Below the pieces are notes generated by a model. The model saw only the letters and a list, made by a program, of their open reading frames with translations. It was not told where the DNA came from and did not search any database. DNA of 55,009 nt, the filler included, from Basidiobolus ranarum (Eukaryota), in NCBI GenBank assembly GCA_040143965.1. It is 3 parts of 3 records of this genome, joined end to end, with 100 filler letters (N's around TTAATTAATTAA, not from the genome) between each part and the next. Parts side by side here need not be neighbours in the genome. Positions count along the whole stretch, not along the records: positions 1 to 18,323 come from JASJQH010000279.1; 2 more parts are not named here. One strand, 5' to 3'. The translations under genes and the position numbers were made by a program. This document shows, piece by piece, positions 1 to 13,777 of the stretch (its first letter is position 1; each line of letters starts with the position of its first letter).

Positions 1-1992
1 TCGACCGGATTTTATAGCTTGGCGTATCCGCCTAAAATCACCACCAGAGGTACTCTGGCTTCTCTTATGCTTAACTAAAGGCTCAGGTGGTGTCGGTGGA
101 GCAGTTGGCTTAGTATATCTGCCTTCTGCAGTATCAGTTGAAGCGGTGATATGCAAATAATCTGTGGCGGCTCTCCGCACATCATCTAAACCAGTATCAT
201 AGCTCATTCCCACATTACGACTATCTGATGTAGATGATTGCCTAATATTTATAGGTTGAGATCTTGTGCCAGCCTGGGGCGACAGAGAGCTGCCACCCAA
301 TTTGTCTTGCTCCATTCTTTGACGTTCTATCTTCTCCTTAACCAGATAATAAATGGAGACCATGGGATGACTGAATGACAATTCTTCTGTAGTTATACTC
401 TTCTTTAAATACCCACCAAATGAACGAGGAAGTTTAAATGTTGAGCTCTGAACGGTTTGATTTTGATAAGAATCACTACCAATAATAGCCTCTAACTCTT
501 CTTTGATATGACTTTCATCACCGAACTCAAACCCAGACATTCCCTTTACCACATCCATATCCAGTGGAAGTCGAAGAGGTGATCTCTGAGGTAGATAATT
601 GTTAGGAGGCCCATCATAGCCCTTGCTAATCCATGGATGACGGAGGATCTCCGCCATACTTGCGCGATCAGACGGATTGGTCACAAGTATTCTTGATAGC
701 AGATGCTTGCAATCTTGTATATAAAAGAAGTCAACTACTGGATGATAGATCTATTATACTATAACAAAAGTATCACCTGAACTTAGCCAGGTTGGATAGT
801 CAACATGTCCTCTCTTAATTTTGGCATGCAAAGCTGGCTGATTTTGGTCATCAAATGGCACTTTGCCGCACACTAATACATACAAGACAATTCCGATACT
901 CCAGATATCTACCTCAGGCCCAGTATAAGCCTTCGCACTAAGTAATTCGGGAGCAGCAAAGTATAATGATCCGCAGAAAGTAGACAGATGTGAACGTGGA
1001 GAAAATAAATTGGAAAGTCCAAAGTCGATTATCTTGATAGATCCATCATTGGCGATTAAAATGTTTTCAATTTTCAGATCTAAGTTGCGCATAAGTTAGA
1101 TGTGTACAATTATGTGATGAATAGCAGGTTAGTCACCTCTATGAACAATCGAGTTACGATGGCAGTAGTCTGGTTTGTAAAGACAGCACGGATTAGTATG
1201 AGCCATAATAAGTCTATTAACAATAAAATTTACCAATTGCAGAGCATATTTGTCTTATGAATTTTCTTGCATGCTTCTCTTTCAACCTTCCATGACTTAT
1301 GATATAATCAAGCATCTGTCCACCGCTAACATATTCCATAATTAAATAATAGTGGTGAGGTCGTATAACAACTTCTTTCATCTTAACGATATTAGGATGG
1401 TTGAGTAGAGTCATAATGGCAGCCTCTCGGACAACACGGATTTCTTTACTTTCATCTTTAGTAGACGGTGTACGCTTACTGCTGTCAGATAGCCCATGTG
1501 GAATAATTTTTATGGCTGCCTATAGTAGATAGAAATCTATGAATAATTGCTATAAGACCGGACAGAATTGCTGGATTTAAAGAGTTTTTGAAAAATAGAA
1601 TATAAACCTGCTCACTGTCTCTAAATTGATATATCAAATGTCTTTAAGAGGCATACCTTCTCTCCAGTTAAGCTATGTACGCCTAGTTTGACTTTACCCA
1701 TACTCCCAGCCCCGAGAGTCTTTGTCAATTGAAAATTACTGATTGACCTTCTGGGTTTGTTTGTGCGTTGAGTTGTGGAACTATTTTGTGTAGCAGCTTG
1801 GCTACTACTGTTTGCTTCTGGTACTATTTGGTCATGTGTTGTAATAGGTGCATCATCAGGAGGTGAATAATGTGGAAGCTCTTCATGTATAGGTGAATCA
1901 TGAAGAATCCTTTCGTTCAGTGGGGCAAGATGTCCATTTCCTTGTTTGGATAAGTCCTGGATAGGGTCGGAAAATACACGACGGTGTGGCAT
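1..1992 (-). CDS. KIN1: Kin1/MARK (PAR-1) family Ser/Thr kinase; 3' end runs off the window
   Basis: Exons about 1992-1657, 1519-1234, 1169-1137, 1079-777, 713-<1 with GT..AG introns. Kinase motifs [36 protein letters not shown]; post-kinase [13 protein letters not shown] typical of fungal Kin1. Confidence 0.93.
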
Positions 1993-3006
1993 TTATATGA
2001 CGGTACTGGCTATGTGGAAAAACTTTGGAGAGAGAAACTAGTGGAAAAGAAATATTTTGAGGAAGGTTGGGAAATTAATATTTAAGCTTCAAAAGAATAA
2101 AGTAAATCTTCAAAGCCCAGAAAGATAGAAACTAAAAAGGGAATAAAATCCTTGACTGATGTTAAAAATATTAAGTATATAGATGTATATACATATATGT
2201 ATTTGTGAGTTCGAGCTTGGGACCGCCTTGAATATCGGGAAGGGAAAAAGACCAAGTGTAAGCTTGCTTGAACGAATATAGGTGAATATATTCGGGAATT
2301 GCAACAAAAACTCAGTAAATACTCTATTGGAGTTAAAGCCAAGTGACCAATGAATATCGAATCTTAGAATAGTCGCATAAAGGTGCAAGTATTCGTATTC
2401 AATCAATCTATTGAACCTATCTTCACATTTTAAGTAACTTCAACACATCATCATATGAGTAACTGCTTACGGAAATACCACTCCAAGATATTACCTGAAT
2501 AACTTTGGGATAATATCGCCAATCTCTCGATAATAATTGTCCAGGTTGACCAATTAGCCGAGCGGAAAACGTGAAAACCACAACTCCGGCATTCGCTCGC
2601 CAACTCTTCATGGAAGTGGGATATTTTCATGAACCCAGTATTTATGAATTTTGAGAGAATCAGATAATTTAAGCACAATATGCTCAAAGTCATTCTATTA
2701 TTAATTTCAAAACAACTTGCGTAGCGCAGAGGCAATTGGGCGCAGTCAAAAGTGGTATCTAGGGGGCTGGATTACATCAAGTGTCTCGGTGTTTGAGGAT
2801 TTTGCATTCAAGTTAAATGTTCTAGTTTAAGCACAATCTTTCTCGAATCTCATCCAAGTTAAAAATTTTCTTAGCTAGGATTGGAAAAAAAACATTGATG
2901 ACATCTAAATTATGATAACCATCCTACTGAGACTTATACAAGTGCAAGTTTACTGCTGGTTTGCGTGCTTTCCTACTTTTAATTTGTTTCTTAGTTCTTT
3001 AAGATC

Positions 3007-3719
3007 ATGCTTGCATCTCTCACCAAACGTGCAACTGAAGATAAGGCCCCTCAAGTGGCTGCTTCTAACAACATACCCGAAGCAAACCAAATCGTAGAGC
3101 CAGTTAACCCTAGAAGTCGCTTAGTTGGTTTGGGAGAGGTTACTGTGAATAACTTAGGACAACTTCGTCGTTTGAACTCTATTTTATTCCCCGTTCATTA
3201 TAGTGAGAAATTTTACAAAGATGTTCTAGAAGTCGGTGAATTCGCTAAATTGGGTAAGTCGCAATCTTCACTCTTTAATCGCTCCATCTTTTTAGATGAA
3301 ACTAACATAATCTTACTACCATGAATCTAAAGGTTATTATAATGATGCCTGTGTTGGTGCAGTTTGTTGCCGTAAGGAGAACATCGAGGATGGCAAAGTC
3401 AAGATTTACATTATGACTCTTGGAGTGTTGGCTCCTTACCGTAAACTTGGACTTGGTATGCGCTGATGATTTCTGTTCTCCCTTGACTTGGTTTACTCAA
3501 CTGTCTTTTATTATAGGCTCTGCATTACTTAAACACATTTTGAATCAATGCGAGCAAGACTCCAAAATTTCTGAACTTTATCTTCATGTACAAATCTCTA
3601 ATGATGAAGCAATCGCGTTCTACAAAAAGTATGGTTTTGAAGTAACTGGTACTCTAGAGAATTACTACAAAAACATCTCACCTGCTGATGCTTACATTCT
3701 AAGCAAGAAGGTGAATTAA
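3007..3719 (+). CDS. NAA50: N-alpha-acetyltransferase 50 (NatE catalytic subunit, GNAT)
   Basis: Exons 3007-3253, 3333-3455, 3517-3719 splice into LNSILFPVHYSEKFY...VGAVCCR...IYIMTLGVLAPYRKLGLGS...LYLHVQISNDEAIAFYKKYGF...YYKNISPADA, the Naa50/Nat5/San signature. Confidence 0.93.
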
Positions 3720-6700
3720 TTGCGTGTTATTTAACGGTCATAATAAACATTTGTTTGAGTCTGTTTCTCCATGCTCATGAAAATACTTGGTGCTAATCAA
3801 TAACATGCGAGGATTGTGCCAATATTGTACGTAGACATGTGTATACCATTGAGTGTCAATAAACGTAGATATCCTACAGTATATATGTTGTATCTTAATT
3901 CTTTGCTCTGCTTCCTGGTTAATCTCGACTACAAAGGTAAGCGCTATTGATTTACTAAATTACGACTTCCGGTTCGTTATACATTCATGTAAGAGAATAT
4001 ATGATCCGCCACCCCCTACTATGCTATGTTGCCTGTCGTTGTGACCTTGTATTCTTGTGTTGACCTCTAAGTGTATATCAGAAGGTAAGAGCAAACATCA
4101 CGTGTAAAATACAGGGTAACCTAAATAAACAGTAAGTGATGTATGATAGGTCGACGTCATTGTGGTGTAGAATTTCGTTGGTTAAATTTGTTTTTAGCAT
4201 GTTGTGCTTTCAAATTGCGATATATACAGGTTGCACTAGAATCGTCACTTAATCTCACATCATACGTAAACATAGCTAGCAATGCCACTCGCATACTGTA
4301 ACCGAAGGTCTGGCAAAAGTTGAGGAAATAAGGTTTAGCTCATTGTGAATCCCTATGATAGTTTAGCACATATGGGATTATACAAGCTAACGATCATGAA
4401 CGGATCTTTGGCATATTCGATAGCGGTGTCCTACATGTAATCAGAATTGACGATGTGGAATTACTGAGCTGTGATTACAATAGCTACTTGGCTGTTGGGA
4501 TGGACTTTGCCTGGTTCATGAAAGGTTTGTATAGCAATTGTCATCTGTCGCATATTAATGATTATTGTTACACATACAGATAACTATTGATAGGCGGGCT
4601 GATACTCGTTGGCAGGAAATCGGACGAACTCGACAAGGATCGGCCAGTAAATATTAGTAATACAGCATACTCAGAGCCTGTTCAATGGGAATTAGTTTTT
4701 GATGATCTTTCTGCAAAGAACCAGATAGGTCTTGTTGGCATTCGCTTCATATATATATTGCCCATAATGGAGGATATTCAAGATATTTGATGCACCATCG
4801 CTAGTTAATATCACAGATGTCTCAGATTTATCTATTTATATTGTAGATTGGATCGTATGTTGAAGATTGGATATTAATGATAGTTGGATTTGGGAGGTAG
4901 TCAAGTCCGGTTTCTTGTATAGTCTCAGCAGCGTATCATATGAACTTTATGGGTTTAATAGGTCCTTTTTACGAGTAAATGAAATTACTACCACTTCGGA
5001 ATATACCATTACTATTTGGTTCATATTGGTACAGCCTATATAGCAGGGATCGTCAGGTCCATTATCTACGCCTTCAAGACGAGTTGCTTCTAATAACACT
5101 ATATCGAGCAGTCTATTTGTCAGCTCTCTTATTCCCTTCCAAATACACCCTTAGGTTTCTACTTTTGCTGCAATAAACACGAATTTTCCACCCTTGAAGG
5201 CTCCCAAAGTTTATGCCGTTGTTTGTAATACAGTAAAAGATAATCATGATGGCCACACTCTCTATCAGTAAACATGATACTTGCGCAGCAATATATAGAA
5301 AATCAGTATGCATATGGTAAGGTTAGCTACACCAACTTTGGGCTGAGAATCACCTGAAGCACGCTGGCTGTACAATATGTGCACCATGCCTGATATATCC
5401 ACCGTTCTCCCTTCTCTCAGGTCATGTGTACGTGATCAACTTTTTTCTCGAAGTGAGTTCTATCTACAAGTGCACAGCCATCAGCGTCCCGAAGTCACGA
5501 TTTTGTGCATGTACGCTTCTTGTGGATACCAAGAATATTGACTGTAAAGTCTACTAGGATTTCATAACCACTATGGCTCCAAATCAAATGTGTGATGCAT
5601 GCATTATTAACTGAGCTGTCAGAAACGTGAAATCTGTGTTGATGGCCTCTCTTAAGCTCTCTTCTGTAAATGACTAGTAGCAGGTATTATAAAGCCAAAG
5701 TACACTTGGAAGAATTATATATCACCAATACAAACAATTCATTTAGCTATCTGTTGGTGAGACAGTATAGCGGTATGGTGAAGTGCAGTAATAATGCAAA
5801 GTTTTGAAGATTGGAAACGGATTTAGAATTGAAGGATGCAATGAGACTGTTTCAACTGGATGCCCAATAAAACACGGAATCCTGGAAAGCTTTGCCTTCT
5901 ATTGGATCGTGATGGGAATCGATAAAGAAGCTTTCTAGTAATGTCACTCAAATCAAGCTATCTTATATCTCTGCCCAGTTTTACAAAATCGAGTCGATCA
6001 GTCCAACCCTATAAACTGTAATTCATTAACGAGTTCATCATACTGAAACGGTGTTTCAACGGCCCGGCTGTCATGCTATCTAAGTAGAGTATGTAGTATT
6101 CAATGCAGTCCCATTGCTATTATAGAACAATCGACTATTTTTACGATGCTTGAAGTTCTAGCCCGACTTGTGTTAGCCTCGTTTTAAATGCTTAGCGGGA
6201 ATGTTTTGGAGTATAGGGGAGTCTCTCGACAAAACTATCTCCGATGGCAGTGTCTCATATGGAGAAGGGCTTGCACCACTTTAAAGCCACTGGTCGATTC
6301 GTTTAAAACGGATAATACTAGTAAGAAATTGGCGAAGCATTTGCTAAACATTCTGTATACCATGGTTGGTTGGTTTTTGGGCTGAGAAAGAGGGAATGCG
6401 TAAGTAAAAGCTTACTAACTTCCTTGGATTCTGGGCACCGCTCACCCAAGTTTAGCAAATATCGTCATGTAATACATCTCTGAGCCCGGTGTCTGCGTAT
6501 AGTGTCAAACAATCTCACAATAAACAAGCCAGTTCTCCTTCCGGAAAAAGCACCATTGTCTCCATATTTACATAGTAAAAGCTTCATTTCCATCAAACAA
6601 AGTTGGAAAGGATGCGACACATCAAGAACTAACTTGTATTGAATTGTGTGATAAATTGTAGCAAAAGATTCCACTGTGATTTACATTGAGCGACTTGCTT

Positions 6701-7379
6701 ATCAAGTTATGCCCAACTTTGTTCGATTCTTTCTCTCCATCCCTATCAAATCGAGTAATCATCTAGTGAAACTTGAAACGGTAGTTTTAAGCTAGAGGAT
6801 ACTATGGTGATTCTTGAAGTGGGTGTTTTTGCCAGCGATGAGCGCGCAAAGCCCTTAATATCTTATTCATATTTAGTAGACTATCTCATGACGTGAATTT
6901 CAACACAGATCGAAATGACAAGTTGTTACCATAAGGCAAAGGAATTTCAGCGATGTTATTAATTTACCAATGTGACAGATTGGTGGCCATATTTCCCATT
7001 CTTATGATTGAAGTGGTCATCAAATTACAGATAGGTTGTAATTCGATCATCACTACTAATATTCAACACCGGTTTAACCATCCTCTCATTTCAGTGATTC
7101 GGTTGACGACGCCCGAGAGATAGCGTAGTTTAGCTATAAAAGATGTTGTTGGGATGCTCAATACAATCTGTCTGATCACTGCCGACGGTCTTCATTATCT
7201 TGTTCGCTGTCGTTCTTTCTTCCTATACATTGAAATCTCTAGCTGAACAACTAATACTGACTCCGACTCCTCTCGAAACATACTTTCCTTCTTTAGTTAC
7301 TAATTCCCCTGACCTTGTGGAATCGTAGCATAAGCAAATAATCCTCATTACTCTATTCTTCCCAACAGTGCTTTACCAA

Positions 7380-8306
7380 ATGATGGAGATACTTCATACT
7401 CGCAAGAGCAGTTTGCCTAATTTCGGATCTTTTCATAACAACATAGACTACGTCCTCCAGCGACGAAACAGTCATTATCACATTCCTAACAGACCTGAGT
7501 CGATATCAGGTCTCTGGAAGTCACGCAAGACTAGCGCACCAGGAATCCTGGAAGATATTTTCTATCCAGGCTCACGGAATATCAGTATCAATTCAGATAT
7601 TCAAAGTGTTGGTTCATCACACAGTCGTCGGGGTAGTATAACAGCATACAGTAATTTAGACGATGATGCCATTCTGGTCGAATGCTCGAATCCTAGCGAT
7701 CTTCATTCTTGCCCCTATTTAGTTTTCTCCCATCATCTACAGGTCTTTGCGGAAGGGAAAGTTTACAAGTCAGATGACATTAGCGAAAGGAACTACTTCA
7801 CTCTATACGTTCCCATTGACCCCCGTACTCACCATATTATCGAAGTCTATCAGCTCAACGACAAGCGAATTCTGATGGTTATTGAAAACTACTGGACAAA
7901 ATGCACCGAATTATATCTAGATACCATCAAAAACATTCTACGCTTGGTTCACTCGAAAACTCCATATATCACTCTGAATACACAATGCCATTTTACAGCG
8001 TTGAACCAAATGAAAGGTATACTGGCTCTGTACGATGCAATTGGCAGCGAGGTAAATTTCAGCTACTTTCCTTTCCATAAGAACCCCCCTTAATCCTACT
8101 TCTTTTACCTATAGCTGTCTATTGTGTCTTACGTCGATGCAAGTAAACATCCTATATCGTCTATCTCGCTTAAACCTTTCATGGCAAGGTATCAGATGAA
8201 AATACGGAATCTTCTATTTATTCTGGGTACAGACGAACTGTGCTTTGTAAAGTCATCAGGCTCTTTCAAAATTTTTGATCTTAGTCGTCGTTCATTTCGC
8301 ACCTGA
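7380..8306 (+). CDS. Hypothetical protein (~288 aa); C-terminal half resembles an internal segment of giant fungal GBP/VLIG-like GTPase proteins
   Basis: ORF 7380-8051 and ORF 8115-8306 are joined in frame by a GTAAAT..ATAG intron (8052-8114). The family resemblance is from memory only. Confidence 0.65.
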
Positions 8307-9036
8307 AAGCTTAATTGTTCTATGTACATGTTTAAATTCTCCTCTCTTTCTTTATTACATTTTTCTCCACGTTGTATTGAACCCTCTTCATATGTCCAAC
8401 TTTAATCATTGTTCTGGTTTACATCATACCTTGTTTCTTCTCAATTTGGTTCATTCTTAGTTTAATTAATAGGATTGAAGTCTGTACATAAAGATGTTTT
8501 AACCATTAGATATTTAGAAAGCACTACCTACATTCTACTGATATTGGATATGGTGACTTGGAACATACACCGGTAATTGCTGACTGTTCTAACCCTTTCA
8601 GTTGAACGAGGTTACTCCCCCTGTTCTAATTATGTAAAACCGCATAGTCAATATGTGGCATATCACGTGGTGTTTAGATAAGCGAGCAAACCCAGTTAAG
8701 CGATATACATTCGGGGTATTTTAGGATCATTGGATATTCAACTTGGTAGTTTAAAGGGTTGTTGAGAATCACGTTAGAACATCTGAATGCTTAAGTGATT
8801 CTTTGGTGACTTTTCAAGTTAGAATGTTCATTAATTATTCCTAGTTTCGACTTTGTGTTTAAATAGCTAGGGAGATTCAAATAATTTGAGGTAAAAACTA
8901 ACACAGAGTGTGTTTTGAGGTGTACATATCGATTAAACTCTCTTTATTGAGCAAAGATTTATTTAAAAAAATCCACTTTAAAATAGTAGGAGTAAGAATA
9001 TGTTCTTTCTCAGTAAGCAATATACAAGAAGGGGAA

Positions 9037-9347
9037 TTATTTTCCGATTCCAAGGTTCTTGGCGCAAGTAGTTACTTCACCATCGGGCTCAATAAGCTTT
9101 ACATGTTCAGACACATGAAGTGTGCTTAAATGATTATCAGGAATAGAGGCGGCAAAACCAAAGATACCAGTATCATAACGATGCTTAATAGTTCCACCTT
9201 GAGATTCAACTTGGCTTACTGCCTCATCGATAACGGAGCGAGGAGTGCCCTCATGGTACATAACAATGTAATCGCCAGCTGAGAATTTGATAAGCTTTAG
9301 CAAGGGAAGTTGATAAAATAAAAGGCAAGTTACTTACTGCTAGACAT
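9037..9347 (-). CDS. Stand-alone peptidase inhibitor I9 (subtilisin-propeptide-like, POIA/Pbi2 type)
   Basis: Micro-exon ATGTCTAGCA (9347-9338), GTAAGT..TCTCAG intron, exon 9278-9037: MSSTGDYIVMYHEG...VESQGGTIKHRYDTGIFGFAASIP...VKLIEPDGEVT. YIV, GF(A/S) and IExD are I9 hallmarks. Confidence 0.88.
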
Positions 9348-12209
9348 TTTCGTATGCTTAAGACGACGGGATATATAGGGCAGAAGATTACGACGAAGAA
9401 TGTTGAATGTTAAAGCTGAATTACGAATGACGAGCTTAAATAGGCTCACGAGCGCACAAGCCTATTTAATGCAGTCACTAGGGGTTACGTAGTCAAATTA
9501 TTTGATATCCTAATCATAAGATCCAATCATTCGCACTCGTCACTGCAAAATTACAAACAGCATTGGTTTCAAATTGACTTGGTCATTTGATACCATGATA
9601 TCACAACATATTTGTGCATCCTAATTTGATTGGCTTACTGTCCATATGCTGCCTTTTACGAGAAGATTGATAACTTGTAACTAAAACCATATATAGTGTC
9701 AAATTAAGCATGCATCATTTTGGAGGTAATTGATAAATATGAGCTGAATCGATACTTTGACAAAGATGTGTTAAAAGAAAAAGAATCTAGAATATCTATT
9801 TTTTATTATCTTTCCGTTTAGCATGTAGAGCCTTTACCACTATCACTAAGTTTCAGCTACAATCTTGTAGTTGGAAGTTCCTTAACTTGAGAGAAATGAT
9901 AGCGAGAGTTTGCAAACCTGTAACAAAGATCACTCAATTCTAAAGGGCTACTGGGCTCTCAATACTGAGTTATTGAGTACAGATGAGAGAAATCTACAAT
10001 AGCAAACATTTTTGACCTGAAGGACACAATTCTTCTACTCAGAAGGAATCTATATCATGGGTGTATGGTTATGCAATGGTAAGACTAGACAAGCTGATGC
10101 TAGCAACCTATAGGAAAACAGTCAGTTCTCAATATTTTAAGAAGGGCGTGCAGTAGACTGGGTGAGTACAGAGTAAGAATTGGAGGCAATGTGGAGTTTC
10201 AATGGGCAGCAGATACTGCTACATAATGAAAGATGTACATATAGGCAGGCTTGGGATACTGATTTGCCATTAATTATTAAACCATCAGCATAGCCATTGC
10301 TGCTGTTTGCGTTGAGCGAAAACGGCAGTATAACGACCCGTTTGGATATGGAGAGGCCTATGGGTTGAGTCATTTCCCAACTTAATATGAACATTCTTTC
10401 TCTTCAATAAGGGAAAGTTCAGGCCAGGAATTTACAAACTTTTAACTCACTTCGCGAGCATGAATGGTAAATCAAATTTAAAGACATTGCAATTTAAGTG
10501 CATTAGATATTGACAGGGATCCCACAAGTACGATTATTCACCATTTAGTAGTTGGACGGAAATAGGAATCAAAGCTGGGAGGATATTCTCCAGAGAATAG
10601 TCTGTATGTTTCTAAGTCTTTGCTGAAACATAGTGATATTTGCATAAGAGATCCTCACACTTCTATGAAACGCTACAGATCCTGATTCAACTGCAAATTG
10701 GATGGCGAATATTTACGCTTACTTACTGCTATGCTACGGTAGATCAAGAGTCTGTCTAATTATTCGACTAGAAATATTGCTATCCAATAGTGTTGGTGCT
10801 TTGGTTTCACGAGGCATGAGGGGAGTTGGTTCATAATTTAGATGCGAAGTAAATGTCGTCACGAACATGTTTGGCACACCATTATATCGGGGTGGAGAGT
10901 TTCGAACCTGTAGATTGCAGTAACTCACTATCGATGTAGTTTACAGATAGCGATATATATGTAAACAATTGGAGGATTCTTCCTATCCTGTAGGATCCAA
11001 CTCCGAAAGCAGGAAATGAAGAATACATGTACTGCTGCCTGAAATGAAAACATGCTACGACTGAGTCGGTGTATACCATGAATGTTTCCATATTTGAATG
11101 GTGGTTGAAAGTAATTTGACCCTCCATTCATGCGATCATGGCACTTGCTTTCGAATATTCTAAATAAAGAGAGGTTCATCAAGAGAAGTTAGGAAAAACA
11201 TTGTTATTCTACAATGGCCAGAGGCGTCATGCTGATACCATACCAGCATAGATATTTATACATGACTAAAAATAGATGGATCATAGAATCAGGGTATATG
11301 GCATGGTTGGGTAGCAAGTGTTGTGCCATGGATAATTCTTCTTAACTCTTCGAACAAATGGAGGTTAGATTACCATTTGACCAGCTCGGTGGCTGATTGT
11401 CTATTTCTAATTACATATATTCGCTAGCCGAAGTTCCCTCTACAATCCAGTATCACTACAGTCCTAGTACACCGTTCCTTAACTGCACGAATAATCAAGT
11501 TCGACCCCCAACACTATATAGTTCAGGTGATTGATTGTTTTCAACAATGATGGTTTGGAGTCATCAATGCCAGGTTCATAGCTGAGTGGTTGAAGTAGAT
11601 TATTAATCAACATGCCGCCGCTACAACCTGGATATGCAGATTTCAGAATCTACTGTTTCATTGAGATTCGCTACCTCTGTGCTGCATAAGCAACGCAGTT
11701 ATAAAGCATAATACTGTAGTGAATCTTGCTCCAGCGTGATATCCAAGCAAATGTCAATCTACCTATTAGAATGAAACGATGCCCTATTTCAAGAATATTC
11801 TAACGAAGCCCAAAGCTTCATACTACTGCAGTCTCTGGAATGTATATGGATCATCTTGAATCGTTACGTCATAAACGAAATATCGAGTAAAGCTCTCAAG
11901 TTTGTGTCATATCTCCGTTTAATCGAAGTTATTTGTGATGTTACCGAAAGCTTTGCATGAAAAATATCTACCTCAGAAGGTTGTTTTAGGAGTGCAATAC
12001 AGATATTTGAATATGGTGGATTCTTGGTTATCTTCTGTTCATTCTATTTTAATTTTTTCGTGGCTGTATTTCCCAAACGTCAATTCGACCAATAATGATC
12101 GGTATTGCTCAAAGGTGGAGTTGTATAAAAGCTATAGAGGCCTCTGGAATACATATCATAAAATAAATCACCTTTTCACTTTTATTCAAGCAATTAGAGG
12201 GAATCCTTT

Positions 12210-13777
12210 ATGGGGCTAAAAATGAAAGATAAAGCTGACGTTCAGATCTTTGCTGTATCGCAGGCTCTTGGCCACACGAAAGCCGATCTTGATGTTGAAA
12301 TACACACATATGACTCGACTGATTGCAAAATTAGTCCTTACATCGCTTTTAGTGTATTCACCGCGGCCCTGTCAACTTTCATCACAGGCTTTAACGTCGG
12401 GTCTCCAAACACCCCGCAACATGTTATCATTGGATGTAACCTGAAGGATTTCCCAGAATCGGCTCTTCCAGCGTGCCTCCCGATGGCACCCATAGTTTGG
12501 TAAGATGAGAATTATTATTCAACTGCTGTCAATATCTGTACTGACTTGTATTATTTTCAAGGGGATTCACTTTAGCCACGTTTGCACTTGGTTCCCTATT
12601 TGCTGGACTTGGCGCTGGATCAGTTGTTGATCGTATAGGGAGAAAAAAGGCCCTCTGGTTCAACAATATTTACTTAATAATTGCTGGAGTTTTAATAAGT
12701 ACATCAACAAGCGTTCCACATCTGATCATTGGAAGATTTTTTGCTGGACTTGGAGGAGGTTCTGCTTGCGTTTTTGTTTCGGTCTATAATTCTGAAATCG
12801 CTCCCCCGCGTTGTAAGGGCATGATAGGTACTATGGCACAGGTCTCAGTGGTGAGCGGTGTACTAACAGCACAAGCACTATCTTTGGTATTTACGTATAT
12901 CCCTGGATGGAGAATACTATTTGCCCTGACAGCTGTTCCTTGTGTTTTACAAATCATTCTGTTGTCGTTCTGTACCGAAACACCTGCCTGGCTAATCAGC
13001 CAAGGTCGAATCGATGAGGCACGGGTTGCCTTGCGGAAACTTCGCCGGGGATACAATACCGACAGCGAATTCGATATGTTGTACCAAAAGAATAGCTTTG
13101 ATCTATCAAACACCGAAGGGATTAAAAACTCTAACCAGCGTACCGTGGCTAAAAGAATGGGACTCGCCGAAATTCTGAGCAAACCCGAAATTCGACGAGG
13201 TCTATTTAATGCACTTATAATTCATGGATTTCAACAGTTATGTGGAATCAATGCTGTCGTATATTATTCGACTTCAATATTTCAATCAGTTCTTGGCTCG
13301 AAAAACTCCGGAATCTTTACAGTGATGGTCGCTGTAACTAATTTAACCGTGTCATTATTTTCCACTATTCTGGTGGATCGCTTAGGCCGAAAACCTTTAC
13401 TGTTGTTTAGCAGTTTTGGGATGTGTCTATCTTCAGTTATGATAGTTACTGCAACAACTACTGGCATTAATATCATGGTAGTGATATCTGTGATGCTATT
13501 TGTCGCATGCTTTGCAACAGGTCTTGGTCCGCTTCCATGGCTTCTTGTTCCCGAGCTTCTTCCACCTACTGCTTTGGGGACAGGTGCCTCTCTGTGTAGT
13601 GCTGTTAACTGGTTTTTTAACTTTGTAATAGGATTCATGTTTCCAATAGTGAAGCAATATCTAGGTGAATGGGCATTTCTCCCGTTCGCCGTTACCACGT
13701 GCAGTTGTGCCTAATACATCCTGTTTTCAGTGCCTGAAACCAAAATCTCCAAGGTCATAACATTAACCCAAGTTTGA
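12210..13777 (+). CDS. MFS sugar porter (GLUT-like) with in-frame TAA at 13712-13714; possible pseudogene or sequencing error
   Basis: Exons 12210-12499 and 12562-13777. Motifs DRIGRK, SEIAPPRCKG, QQLCGINAVVYYS, DRLGRKPL, GLGPLPW..PEL; the VPETK motif lies after the stop in the same frame. Confidence 0.88.

Noticed and set aside
10137-11182. Cluster of short minus-strand ORFs
   Set aside because: No recognisable motif or coherent exon chain.
12784-13698. Antisense or alternative-frame ORFs over real genes (also within the subtilase, RPA2, srp1, ASE1, the secreted pair and the GPCR)
   Set aside because: Shadows of well-supported genes with no motifs of their own.
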